The translations under genes were made by a program, and so were the position numbers. Below, one piece after another: positions 13,701 to 25,420 of a stretch of 64,000 bases of DNA. The stretch comes from Convolutriloba macropyga (taxonomy: Eukaryota), in NCBI RefSeq assembly GCF_964194025.1, contig NC_134478.1, positions 8,866,001 to 8,930,000 on the forward strand. The letters run 5' to 3'. Below the pieces are notes generated by a model. That model searched no databases. It was not told where the DNA came from and saw only the letters and a list, made by a program, of their open reading frames with translations. How positions within the stretch are numbered: position 1 is the stretch's first letter; each line of letters starts with the position of its first letter.

Positions 13701-13926
13701 TTATTTGATGTAAAAATTCAACCTATTTAAAGCACCATTTAAAAAACTTAAGATATCAGTCTTGAATTAGATTCTGTAATTTAATCAAGTCGATCAAAGA
13801 TTGATTAAATTGGTTTTCATCAAAGATTATATATCCTTGATTGGAAAATCCCAGGACGAGGTTCGCGGCTCAAGTCATCTCTGTGCAGACCATCCAGACC
13901 AAAATCGGTTCTGATCAGTCAGACTT

Positions 13927-14105
13927 CAGTCGCGCAAATGGGGTGCCAGACCGGCTTTGGTTGCACACTGGAGGTGACAGAATGACTTGAGTTGCGCATC
14001 GGGGTGCCAGAACCGCTTGGGTTGCTCATTTGTGTTGCCAGATGCAATTGAGTCGCGCACTGCGGGTGCCAGCCCCACTTCGGTTGCGCACTGGGGGTAC
14101 CCTGA
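13927..14105 (+). repeat. ~31-bp tandem repeat (GTTGCGCACTGGGGGTGCCAG-like), ~6 diverged copies, inside a TCTGATCAG-repeat element
   Basis: Repeated TTGCGCA...GGTGCCAG core. A degenerate terminus CCCAGGACGAG lies at 13850. Confidence 0.65.
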
Positions 14106-14899
14106 CTGACCCTACCGACCATTCTTTGCAAAAAATTGGGAAGTGCTCCTCAAAAAGCAGTCCCTTGGGGGTTAAGTATCTTTTTTCGGGGGACTGTTCG
14201 TTTTTCGGATGGACCTCTTAGTTCTTAGTAGACGTTCCAGACTCTGGCAAGAGCTCTGTTCAGACTGTCCAGAATACACGACACAACTATACAGACCCTA
14301 GACCTCACCACGCTATGATCAGACTATCCAGACTCTGGACAAGTCTCATATCAGACTGTTCAGACCTTAGGTAGTGCTCTAATCAGATCGTGCAGACTCT
14401 GAATGGGGTCCTGATAAGACTCTCCAGACCGTAGATAGTGCTGCCAGACTCTGTGGAGCGGTCGCAGTTTGCACCCCGTGCGCGACCCAAGTCGCTTTGA
14501 TCAGGTCTGGCTTGAATTGCGCACCTCATCCTGAGTTTTAATGGTGCCCCAGTCTTCGAACGCGAAAGGTAAAAAACCAGCAGATCTTGGGAGGGTAAAG
14601 ATGTCATAACTTTTCTAACCACAATATAGTTGAGTTGTTTTTGAGGAGTACTCTGCAAATTGAAAGCCTCGTTTACATACTCAGTGGGCGAGAGGCCGTT
14701 AGCTTCACCATACTTCTGTAACCCACAACCATAAATAAAGGGCTCTTTTCAAATACAGTTTGTCATATTATCAAAATAATTGACGTTTTTAATTCACAAA
14801 AAAATGTGTAATTTTGAACTTAATCCTTTCTACTGAGGACGGTTTTTTCCTAGAAACAACGAAAACAGCTTAAGAAAATTTTGCCAACTAGGCGTACTA

Positions 14900-15630
14900 C
14901 CCGGGTTGAATTTTTCCGCCCAAAATGATGTAAGAGCGGGGCTGCAATGGGAGGATTTTTTAGGAAAATGCCGCTCAAAACTCTTACGTTTTTTTGGGCT
15001 GCATTGGGCTTCCAAGGGGGGGGGGTAAAATGGTGTAAGAGTGAGGGGGTAAAAGACAAATTAACCCCCCGCTCTTACATTATTTTTAGTCTGCCAAGGG
15101 GGGTAAAATGGTGTAAGAGTGAAGGGTTAAAAGACAAATTAACCCCTCACTCTTACATCTTTTTTGGTCTGCCAAGGGGGGTAAAATAGTGTAAGAGTGA
15201 GGGGGTAAAAGACAAATTAACCCCCCCCCCACTCTTACATCTTTTTTGGTCTGCCAAGGTGGGTAAAACGATGTAAGAGTTGGGGGGTAATTTGTATTTT
15301 ACCCCCTTACTCTTACACCATTTTATCCCCCTTGGAAGCACAATGCAGCCCAAAAAAACGTAAGAGTTTTGAGCTGCATTTTCCTAAAAAATCCTCCCAT
15401 TGCATCCCCACTCTTACGTCATTTTACCCCCCTTGGCAGCCCAACTCTTACATCATTTTACCCCCTCAATATTACCTTGTTTTAGCCCCCATACCGGAAG
15501 AATGCCAGTCTTGAACCCACAACCTCTTTATCCTCAGCTGCGTCGCCTTATCCTCCAGGCCATCGATGCTTGTCCAACTCTTGACGGTCTATATATATAA
15601 ATAATAATTGTTAGAAATGCCCCATCACAA
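14900..15630. mobile_element. Left part of a CCCGGG-type element (GTAAGAG/CTCTTAC repeats) whose right arm runs into satellite
   Basis: Starts CCCGGGTTGA. 14925-15030 is inverted at ~15320-15425. Homologous to 33139-33374. No right CCCGGG terminus was found. Confidence 0.8.
15503..15569 (-). promoter_or_regulatory. tRNA-like A/B-box cassette in the centre of the 14900 element
   Basis: Minus strand reads GCATCGA TGGCCTGGAGGATAAGGCG...GAGGTTGTGGGTTCAAGAC. Confidence 0.55.
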
Positions 15631-17710
15631 CAAATTACCCCCTCACTCTTACATCGTTTTACCCCCCTTGGCAGCCCAACTCTTACATCATTTTACCCCC
15701 TCTGAACAAATTACCCACTCACTCTTACACCATTTTACCCTCCTTGGCAGCCCAACTCTTACATCATATTACCCCCTCTGAACAGATTACCCCCTCACTC
15801 TTACACCATTTTACCCCCCTTGGCAGCCCAACTCTTACCTCATTTTACCCCCTCTGGACAAATTACCCCCTCACTCTTACACAATTTTACCACCCTTGGC
15901 AGCCCAATTCTTAAATCATCTGACCCCCTCTGAACAAGTTATCCCCTCACTCTTACACCATTTTAACGCCCTTGGCAGACAATTCTTACATCATTTTTCC
16001 CCCTCTTAACAAATTACCCCCTCACTCTTACACCATTTAACCTCCTTGGCAGCCCAACTCTTACATAATTTTACCCCCTCTGAACAAATTACCCCTCATT
16101 CTTACACCATTTTACCCCCCTTGGCAGCCCAAATCTTACCTCATTCTACCCCCTCTGGACAAATTAACCCCTCACTCTTACACAATTTTACCCCCTTGGC
16201 AGCCCAATTCGTACATCATTTTACCCCCTCTGAACAAGTTATCCCCTCACTCTTACACCATTTTACCCCCTTGGCAGCCCAACTCTTACATCATTTTACC
16301 CCCTCTGAACAAATTACTCCCTCACTCTTACACCATTTTACCCCCCTTGGCAGCCCAACTCTTACCTCAATTTAACCCCTCTGGACAAATTACCCTCTCA
16401 CTCTTACACAATTTTTCCCCCCTTGGCAGCCCAACTCTTACATCATTTTACCCCCTCTGAACAAATTACCCCCTCACTCTTACACCATTTTACCCCCCTT
16501 GGCAGCCGAACTCTTACATCATTTTACCCCCTCTGAACAAATTAACCCCTCACTCTTACACCTTTTTACCCCCCTTGGCAGCCCAACTCTTACCTCATTT
16601 TACCCCCTCTAGACAAATTACCACCTCACTCTTACACAATTTTACCCCCCTTGGCAGCCCAAATCTTACATCATTTTAACCCCTCTGAACAAATTACCCC
16701 CTCACTCTTACACCATTTTACCCCCCTTGGCAGCCCAACACTTACCTAATTTTAACCCTCTGGACAATTTACCCCCTCACTCTTACACCATTTTACCCCC
16801 AATCGCAGCCCAACTCTTACCTCATTTTACCCCCTCTGGACAAATTACCCCCTCACTCTTACACCATTTTAACCCCCTTGGCAGCCCAATTCCTACATCA
16901 TTTTGCCCCCTCTGAACAAATTACCCCCTCACTCTTACACCATTTTACCCCCCTTGGCAGCCCAACTCTTACATCATTTTATCCCCTCTGAACAATTTAC
17001 CCCCTCACTCTTACAACATTTTACCCCCCTTGGCAGCCCAACTCTTACCTCATTTTACCCCCTCTGGACAAATTACCCCCTCACTCTCACACCATTTTAC
17101 CCCCCTTGGCAGCCCAACTCTTACCTCATTTTACCCCCTCTGGACAAAATACCCCCTCACTCTTACACAATTTTACCCCCTTGGCAGCCCAATTCTTACA
17201 TCATTTTACCCCCTCTGAAAAATTTACCCCCTCACTCTTACACCATTTTACCCCCCTTGGCAGCCCAACACCTACCTCATTTTACCCCTCTGGACAAATT
17301 ACCCCCTCACTCTTACACCATTTTACCCCCCTTGGCAGCCCAACTCTTACCTCATTTTACCCCCTATGAACAAATTACCCCCTCACTCCTACACCATTTT
17401 ACCCCCTTGGCAGCCCAACTCTTACATCATTTTACCCCACGTGAACAAAATACCCCCTCACTCTTACACCATTTTACCCCCCTTGGCAGCCCAATTCTTA
17501 CATCATTTTACCCCCTCTGAACAACATACCCCCTCACTCTTACACCATTTTACCCCCCTTGGCAGCCCAACTCTTACATCATTTTACCCCCTCTGAACAA
17601 ATTACCCCCTCACTCTTACACCATTTTACCCCCCTTGGCAGCCCAACTCTTACCTCATTTTACCCTCTCTGGACAAATTACCCCCTCGCTCTTACACCAT
17701 TTTACCCCCC
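15630..17710 (+). repeat. Satellite A, ~76-bp unit, ~27 copies
   Basis: Unit AAATTACCCCCTCACTCTTACACCATTTTACCCCCCTTGGCAGCCCAACTCTTACATCATTTTACCCCCTCTGAAC. Period 76 (15701, 15777, 15853). Confidence 0.97.
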
Positions 17711-20700
17711 ATTGCAGCCCACTCTTACATGGCAATTTCAGTCAGGGGATGTAATTCCTTAAAAGCCCTCCCATTGAAGCTCATTGCAGCCCACTCTTAC
17801 AGGACAATTTCAGTCAGGGGGGTAATTCCTTAAAAGTCCTCCCATTGCAGCCCATTGCAGCCCACTCTTACATGGCAATTTCAGTCATGGGGGGTAATTC
17901 CTTAATAGTCCTCCCATTGCAGCCCATTTCAGCCCACTCTTACATGACAATTTCAGCCATGGGGGGTAATTCCTGAAAACTCCTCCCATTGCAGCCCATT
18001 GCAGCCCACTCTTATATGGCAATTTAAGTCAGGGGGGTAATTCCTTAAAACTCCTCCCATTGCAGCCCATTGCAGCCCACTCTTACATGACAATTTCAGT
18101 CATGGGGGGTAATTCCTGAAAACTCCTCCCATTGCAGCCCATTGCAGCCCACTCTTACATGGCAATTTCAGTCAGGGGGGTAATTCCTTAAAAGTCCTCC
18201 CATTGTAACCCATTGCAGCCAACTCTTACATGGAAATTTCAGTCAGAGGGTAATTCCTTAAATGTCCTCCCATTGCAGCCCATTGCAGCCCACTCTTACA
18301 TGACAATTTCAGTCATCGTGGTAATTCTTTAAAAGTCCTCCCATTGCAGCCCATTGCAGCCCACTCTTACATGACAATTTCAGTCATGGGGGGTAATTCC
18401 TGAAAACTCCTCCCATTGCAGCCCATTGCAGCCCACTCTTAAATGGCAATTTCAGTCAGGGGTTAATTCCTGAAAAGTCCTCCCATTGCAGCCCATTGCA
18501 GCCCACTCTTACATGACAATTTGAGTCATGGGGGGTAAGTCCTGAAAACTCCTGCCATTGCAGCCCATCGCAGCCCACTCTTACATGGCAATTTAAGTCA
18601 GGGGGGGTAATTCCTTAAAACTCCTGCCATTGCAGCCCATTGCAGCCCACTCTTACATGGCAATTTCAGTCATGGGGGTAATTCCTTAAAAGTCCATCCA
18701 TTGCAGCCCATTGCAGCGCACTCTTACATGACAACTTCAGTCATTGGGGATTATTTCCTGAAAACTCATCCCATTGCAGCCCATTGCAGCCCACTCTTAC
18801 ATGGCAATTTCAGTCAGTGGGGGTAATTCCTTAAAAGTCCTCCCATTGCAGCCCATTGCAGCCAACTGTTACATGGCAATTTCAGTCAGGGGGGTAATTC
18901 CTTAAAAGTCCTTCCATTGCAGCCCATTGCAGCCCACTCATACATGGCAATTTCAGTCATGGGGGTAATTCCTTAAAAGTCCTCCCATTGCAGCCCATTT
19001 CAGCCCACTCTTACATGACAATTTCAGCCATGGGGGGTAATTCCTGAAAACTCCTCCCATTGCAGCCCATTGCAGCCCACTCTTATATGGCAATTTAAGT
19101 CAGGGGTAATTCCTTAAAACTCCTCCCATTGCAGCCCATTGCAGCCCATTCTTACATGGCAATTTCAGTCATGGGGGGTAATTCCTTAAAAGTCCTCCCA
19201 TTGCAGCCCATTGCAGCCCACTCTTACATGACAATTTCAGTCATGGGGGGTAATTCCTGAAAACTCCTCCCATTGCAGCCCATTGCAGCCCACTCTTAAA
19301 CGGTAATTTCAGTCAGGGGGGTAATTCCTGAAAAGTCCTCCCATTGCAGACCATTGCAGCCCACTCTTACATGACAATTTCAGTCATGGGGGGTAAGTCC
19401 TGAAAACTCCTCCCATTGCAGCCCATTGCAGCCCACTCTTACATGACAATTTCAGTCATGGGGGGTAATTCCTTAAAAGTCCTCCCATTGCAGCCCATTG
19501 CAGCCCACTCTTACATGACCATTTCAGTCATGGGGGGTAATTCCTGAAAACTCCTCCCATTGCAGCCCTTTGCAGCCCACTCTTAAATGGCAATTTCAGT
19601 CAGTGGGGGTAATTCCTTAAAACTCCTCCCATTGCAGCCCATTGCAGCCCACTCTTACATGGCAATTTAAGTCAGGGGGGGTAATTCCTTAAAACTCCTG
19701 CCATTGCAGCCCATTGCAGCCCACTCTTACATGGCAATTTCAGTCATGGGGGTAATTCCTTAAAAGTCCATCCATTGCAGCCCATTGCAGCGCACTCTTA
19801 CATGACAACTTCAGTCATTGGGGATTATTTCCTGAAAACTCATCCCATTGCAGCCCATTGCAGCCCACTCTTACATGGCAATTTCAGTCAGTGGGGGTAA
19901 TTCCTTAAAAGTCCTCCCATTGCAGCCCATTGCAGCCAACTGTTACATGGCAATTTCAGTCAGGGGGGTAATTCCTTAAAAGTCCTTCCATTGCAGCCCA
20001 TTGCAGCCCACTCATACATGGCAATTTCAGTCATGGGGGTAATTCCTTAAAAGTCCTCCCATTGCAGCCCATTTCAGCCCACTCTTACATGACAATTTCA
20101 GCCATGGGGGGTAATTCCTGAAAACTCCTCCCATTGCAGCCCATTGCAGCCCACTCTTATATGGCAATTTAAGTCAGGGGTAATTCCTTAAAACTCCTCC
20201 CATTGCAGCCCATTGCAGCCCATTCTTACATGGCAATTTCAGTCATGGGGGGTAATTCCTTAAAAGTCCTCCCATTGCAGCCCATTGCAGCCCACTCTTA
20301 CATGACAATTTCAGTCATGGGGGGTAATTCCTGAAAACTCCTCCCATTGCAGCCCATTGCAGCCCACTCTTAAACGGTAATTTCAGTCAGGGGGGTAATT
20401 CCTGAAAAGTCCTCCCATTGCAGACCATTGCAGCCCACTCTTACATGACAATTTCAGTCATGGGGGGTAAGTCCTGAAAACTCCTCCCATTGCAGCCCAT
20501 TGCAGCCCACTCTTACATGACAATTTCAGTCATGGGGGGTAATTCCTTAAAAGTCCTCCCATTGCAGCCCATTGCAGCCCACTCTTACATGACCATTTCA
20601 GTCATGGGGGGTAATTCCTGAAAACTCCTCCCATTGCAGCCCTTTGCAGCCCACTCTTAAATGGCAATTTCAGTCAGGGGGGGTAATTCCTGAAAATTCT

Positions 20701-21105
20701 TCCCATTGCAGCCCACTCTTACATGGCAATTTCAGTCATGGGGGGTAATTCCTTAAAAGTCCTCCCATTGCAGCCCATTGCAGCCCAGTCTTACATGGCA
20801 ATTTCACCCAAGGGGGATAATTCCTTAAAAGTCCTCCCATTGCAGCCCATTGCAGCCAACTCTTACATGGCAATTTCAGTCAGGGGGGGGGGGGGTAATT
20901 CCTTAAATCCCTCCCATTGCAGCCCATTGCAGCCCACTCTTACATGACAATTTCAGTCATGGGGGGTAATTCCTGAAAACTCCTCCCATTGCAGCCCATT
21001 GCAGCCCACTCTTAAATGGCAATTTCAGTCAGGGGGGTAATTCCTGAAAAGTCCTCCCATTGCAGTCCATTGCAGCCCACTCTTACATGGCAATTTCAGT
21101 CAATT
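17710..21105 (+). repeat. Satellite B, ~71-72-bp unit, ~47 copies, with a 1074-bp higher-order duplication
   Basis: Unit CCATTGCAGCCCATTGCAGCCCACTCTTACATGGCAATTTCAGTCATGGGGGGTAATTCCTTAAAAGTCCTC. Diagnostic variants recur at offset 1074 (18691/19765, 19301/20375, 19517/20591). Confidence 0.97.
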
Positions 21106-22419
21106 TCACTAATATGGCTCAAAGTTTTCGTCATATTTTAAAACAGAAACCCTAAATCTCCACAAAAATGACCGAAATCAACAGAAAACCATAAAACCTG
21201 ATCTCACGATGCAAACAACTAATCGATGATTACGCCAACTTCTTGTGCAAACTGCATTGGTGTTGTTACTTTCTCAGATTGGATCCGTTATAATTATTTC
21301 GCGTTTATATTATAGTTTTTGATTCGAGGAAAAATGCTGTAAAATTGTATTTATGTTTTGGTCTCATCTATCTACAATAGTGATAATTTTTTTTCATAAC
21401 ACTTTTTTCTGCATGAGTGTAATGCGAGAACAAAATACCGCATCCGATGTTCATTGCATTTTGTCCCAACTATTTAACAGAAACAATTTTAAAAAAGCTG
21501 CTAAAAAATTGGACCTTGGCGTAAACATAATGGTGTCAGTGGAAAATTTGTTTGATAGTTTTTAAATACTTGAAACTAAAAGTTGTGAGATTTTAAAGAC
21601 TAAAATTCAACAAGAAAAAATAATTTTTACAGTGAAATGTACATCAAGTTTTCAGCAGCAAAACAAAATTTGCTATGTAAGTTTGTTCCTAACAAAAATA
21701 CTGAAGAACTTCCTTTGGACTTCACAAAAAACTCAAGAGCTTCGTGGGCATGATTTTTTTTCTAAAAATAAAACGTGTACGGTCTCATATCATAGACGAT
21801 GTGCTTAGTCTAAAACGAACTGACCATATTGAAACTTCTGACTGATTTGACGAAGGCAAATATTTGCTTTTGACGAGTGATCTATGGCCTAAGCGTTCAT
21901 AGAAAATGTACTCTTTAAACTGAAACAATAAAACCATAATTCGTAGGAACATTTAATAGCCGACAATTTTTTTTTGAAATTAAAGGAACAAATTCAACTT
22001 ACGGCCTTGAAACACTTGTTTTGGGATTTTCTGACAGTTGCTCAAATGAAATACTTCAACTTTTTTATTATAAAAAATTTTGTGTCGACTTCCACCAAAC
22101 TAGTGTTGTAATGAGGGTTGGAGGTGGATTAGAGTGGATTAGAGGAGGATGGGAATTTGAGGCGATATAATGCTCTTCATCAGAAAAAGGCTTGATTTGA
22201 TATTGATGGTGGAAAAGATAATAAGTATTACATTACGTTGCAATTACCACCCAATTCAATTAAAAGTCGAGCCGATTGGCTCCCTGGAAATTGTTTCAAA
22301 ATCCTAGAACTTTTTTTATAAAATGTTTTTAACCACTGCTCCAACGATTCAGTTCAGAAGTCACATTTTGTTAGGAGCCACTTAAATTGTAAAAATTACT
22401 TCAAAATTTTTCCAATAAA

Positions 22420-23366
22420 CCCGGGTCGAGGCCAAATGGTTATCTTGTAAGAACTTGCAAGTTTCTGGCAGAAACTTACAAGGCGATCCATCGCCTTGCA
22501 AGTTTTTCTTCCAAAAACCTGCAAGTTCTTACAAGTTATCCAATCGACTTGCAAGTTCTTACAAGTTAACCATTCGACTTACAAGGCTCTTACAAGTTAA
22601 CCATTCAACTTACAAGTTACTTACNNNNNNNNNNNNNNNNNNNNNNNNNNNNNNNNNNNNNNNNNNNNNNNNNNNNNNNNNNNNNNNNNNNNNNNNNNNN
22701 NNNNNNNNNNNNNNNNNNNNNNNNNNNNNNNNNNNNNNNNNNNNNNNNNNNNNNNNNNNNNNNNNNNNNNNNNNNNNNNNAAAACGTTGCAAGACAGGAA
22801 TGGAAACGGATGTTTGGAAAAAAAAGAATCAATCTGGAAAAGTGTGAATTAAATTACAAAAAGGGTATGAAAATTAAGGGCCACTAAATAATTTTGAGGA
22901 AATACTGACATATGAATTTGAAAATTCAATCAAAGTCAATATTTTGGCAACATTTTTATAAAAAAGTGATCATGAAGAAGCTAATTGAGATCTACAGTTT
23001 TTTAACGGAATTGCAAAAGGAACTCTCTTGAATTGATAAAATTCAAAAAGTAACCATTTTATCTACTTAGGTCGAATTGTATTATGTTATCCAAACAGAG
23101 CAACTAACTCCCGCGCGCTTTCTACGCAAAATGACTGAATGTTAAATTGAATTAACCAATAAGACTTGTGCTCAACCGGAACGAACTTGCAAGAAACTTA
23201 CAAATTAGCCATTCGCCTTACAAGTTCTTACAAGTTAATCATTCGACTTACAAGTTCTTACAAGTTAACCATCTTTTGCAAGAAACTTGCAAAATCTTAC
23301 AAGTTAACCATCTTTTGCAAGAAACTTGCAAGTTCTTACAAGTTAACCATTCGGTCTCGACCCGGG
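22420..23366. mobile_element. Non-autonomous DNA transposon, ~50-bp TIR starting CCCGGGTCGAG, 2-bp TSD (AA), CTTACAAG/CTTGCAAG subterminal repeats
   Basis: Left end CCCGGGTCGAGGCCAAATGGTTATCTTGTAAGAACTTGCAAG matches the reverse complement of the right end. AA flanks both ends. The element spans an N gap. Confidence 0.88.
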
Positions 23367-24519
23367 AATCCAGAACCATTCGTCCTCTGGGTGGAACTAT
23401 TTTCTCGCATTTTAACCCAAAACAGCCACGTCTAGAATTTTTTTGTCAAAGTGTACTTTGGTACCATGTATTAAACGCGAGGACCTTGGACGATATTTTT
23501 TCTGTCAAATTCTGACATCTTTGGTGTTCGCATATCAAACAAAAAGTGAAACCTAAATGTAAAGTATGTACTTTTGAAAAAAAATGAGCACGATGTTTTA
23601 AGGTGACGCAAGATCACGACCTTTGGGGTGAACAAGGTTGGTTGCCGGTACAACACTTCAGCCCATAAAGATAAGGAAGACAACGATCTTCCCCCAAAAT
23701 GTCAGAATTTCTTTTAAAAATGAATAAATTGCTGTGAATGTGGTGACTCGTTTAAAGAATTGCAATTTTTAGCATGAAACGCGATGAGAGAGGTAAAATG
23801 AAGCTTTCACCGCTACAAAACCCACAAACCGTACAAAAATTAACCGGAAAAAAATCACAGCAAAATTGTTGGCGTTCAATTTTTTCATCGTCTAGGCTTC
23901 AAAATTTTCACTGCTAAAAGCCTGTAACCCTACTGCCACCACTTAAAAAACGATTTCGAACGAAAACAATTGGTGTTTGAAATGAGCCCTGATAAATTTG
24001 GAATTGATATTTGCAGCAGCCTCCACTCTTGTCAAGAGTATACCAGTTGAGCAAAGTGTAGAATGGTTTCAACACTCGGGTGAACTCTTTCTCATCTGTG
24101 CTGTTGGGTGGTCTATCAATTATTGCCAGCAATGATCGAGGGTTACCCATCAAACCCATGAAACAAAAGTAGTCACTGAAACAATTGTTGACTAACTTTT
24201 TATAACTATTTTACAGAACGTACCTGCCTATAGACAAGTGCACGCTATAGATTATATATTGTAAATAGTAGACTATTGCAATCTATTGCAGTTTTCTGCT
24301 TCTCGACAATCGTTAATAGTTTCATATTAGAATCGTTTCAATCCATTATCATGTCTATGCTTCGAAACAGTTGTTTAATACGCACTAACATACGAAGAGA
24401 CAAAGCAAAGTACAGCTATGAAAAACTGACATTGAGATTTCTCTATTGTAATATTTTGCTCTAAGTGATCGAGTTCTTTTGCTTGCCAACTCATAATCAC
24501 AGCACTCATTACGAATATA

Positions 24520-25420
24520 TATTTAATAACAAGGAGCCTCGGTTATGTGCGTTCCCACATTATGTTCTGACCCCGCTCATCTTCATTTTTCACTTGATTG
24601 TCTACCAAATGAGGAAGAGATTTAAAAAGTTACTGTACCGCTCAACACACCATTAAATGAATAAAAACAATATACGTTAGAGGCCCAACCAGAACTGTAA
24701 TTAATGTGACTACCAGAAAAGACAGCGATAAAAATCAAATAATTACAAATATTAATTACGACCAAAACTCGTTGTCCCTTTTTTGAAAACAACTAAATAC
24801 CAAATCAAAATGGCATCAGATAAAACCAAAAAAAAGAAAAAGACCCGGTATATCATAAGGAAAAAAGTATGGTTTTTTTCCTCAATGCAACATATAATAA
24901 TTTGACAAGAAAAGAGCAAAAGGGCAAAAATGAAGAAAACGTTGCTATTTTTTTGAAAAAAAAATTAATGCAAAACTGATTAACAACATTATGTATCAAT
25001 TGAAATCATTGAGAGATGCTTTTATACCTCTAATGAAAGAGGCCTTTCCTTTTCCAGAATATGTCATACGACTACAAAAAGAAGGAAAAATACAAGCAAA
25101 AAATATTCAGCAGAAATACCACGAAAATGGTGTCCCAGCCAATTAAACATTAGGTTGTTCACTAAGAACATTAAACCTTGTTGATAGTTTTGTTTAAATT
25201 GGAAACAGAACCGGCCTTTTTGTGATACTGCGAAAAGGTAACAGAAATCTAAAAAAATGGGCAAGAATCAAGAATATTTAATAAGAACGCGTACTACTAA
25301 GACCATTTCAGGACAATTAACGATATATGAAGAGCAAATTTCAGTTTACAAGACAATGGATGGGACTTGTCTATAGAGAAACTAAGCTACAAATCAACAG
25401 AAATTATATTGGAATAGCTC
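24520..25420 (+). repeat. Ancient dispersed repeat, homologous to ~29745-30610
   Basis: Colinear shared blocks: GACCCCGCTCATC, CCAAATGAG, ATTACGACCAAAA, GCATCAGATAAAACC, CTAAGCTACAAA. Confidence 0.65.

Noticed and set aside
15630-21105. CRISPR-like array, or the many LLHHFTP/PHSYTIL ORFs
   Set aside because: Units are contiguous with no unique spacers and no cas genes. The ORFs occur in all frames and are broken by homopolymer indels, so they are satellite artefacts.
23914-24159. 81-aa ORF as a host exon
   Set aside because: LLAIIDRPPNS..EF resembles the YRPP motif of LINE endonucleases, so it is more likely an isolated retroelement scrap. Too weak to annotate.
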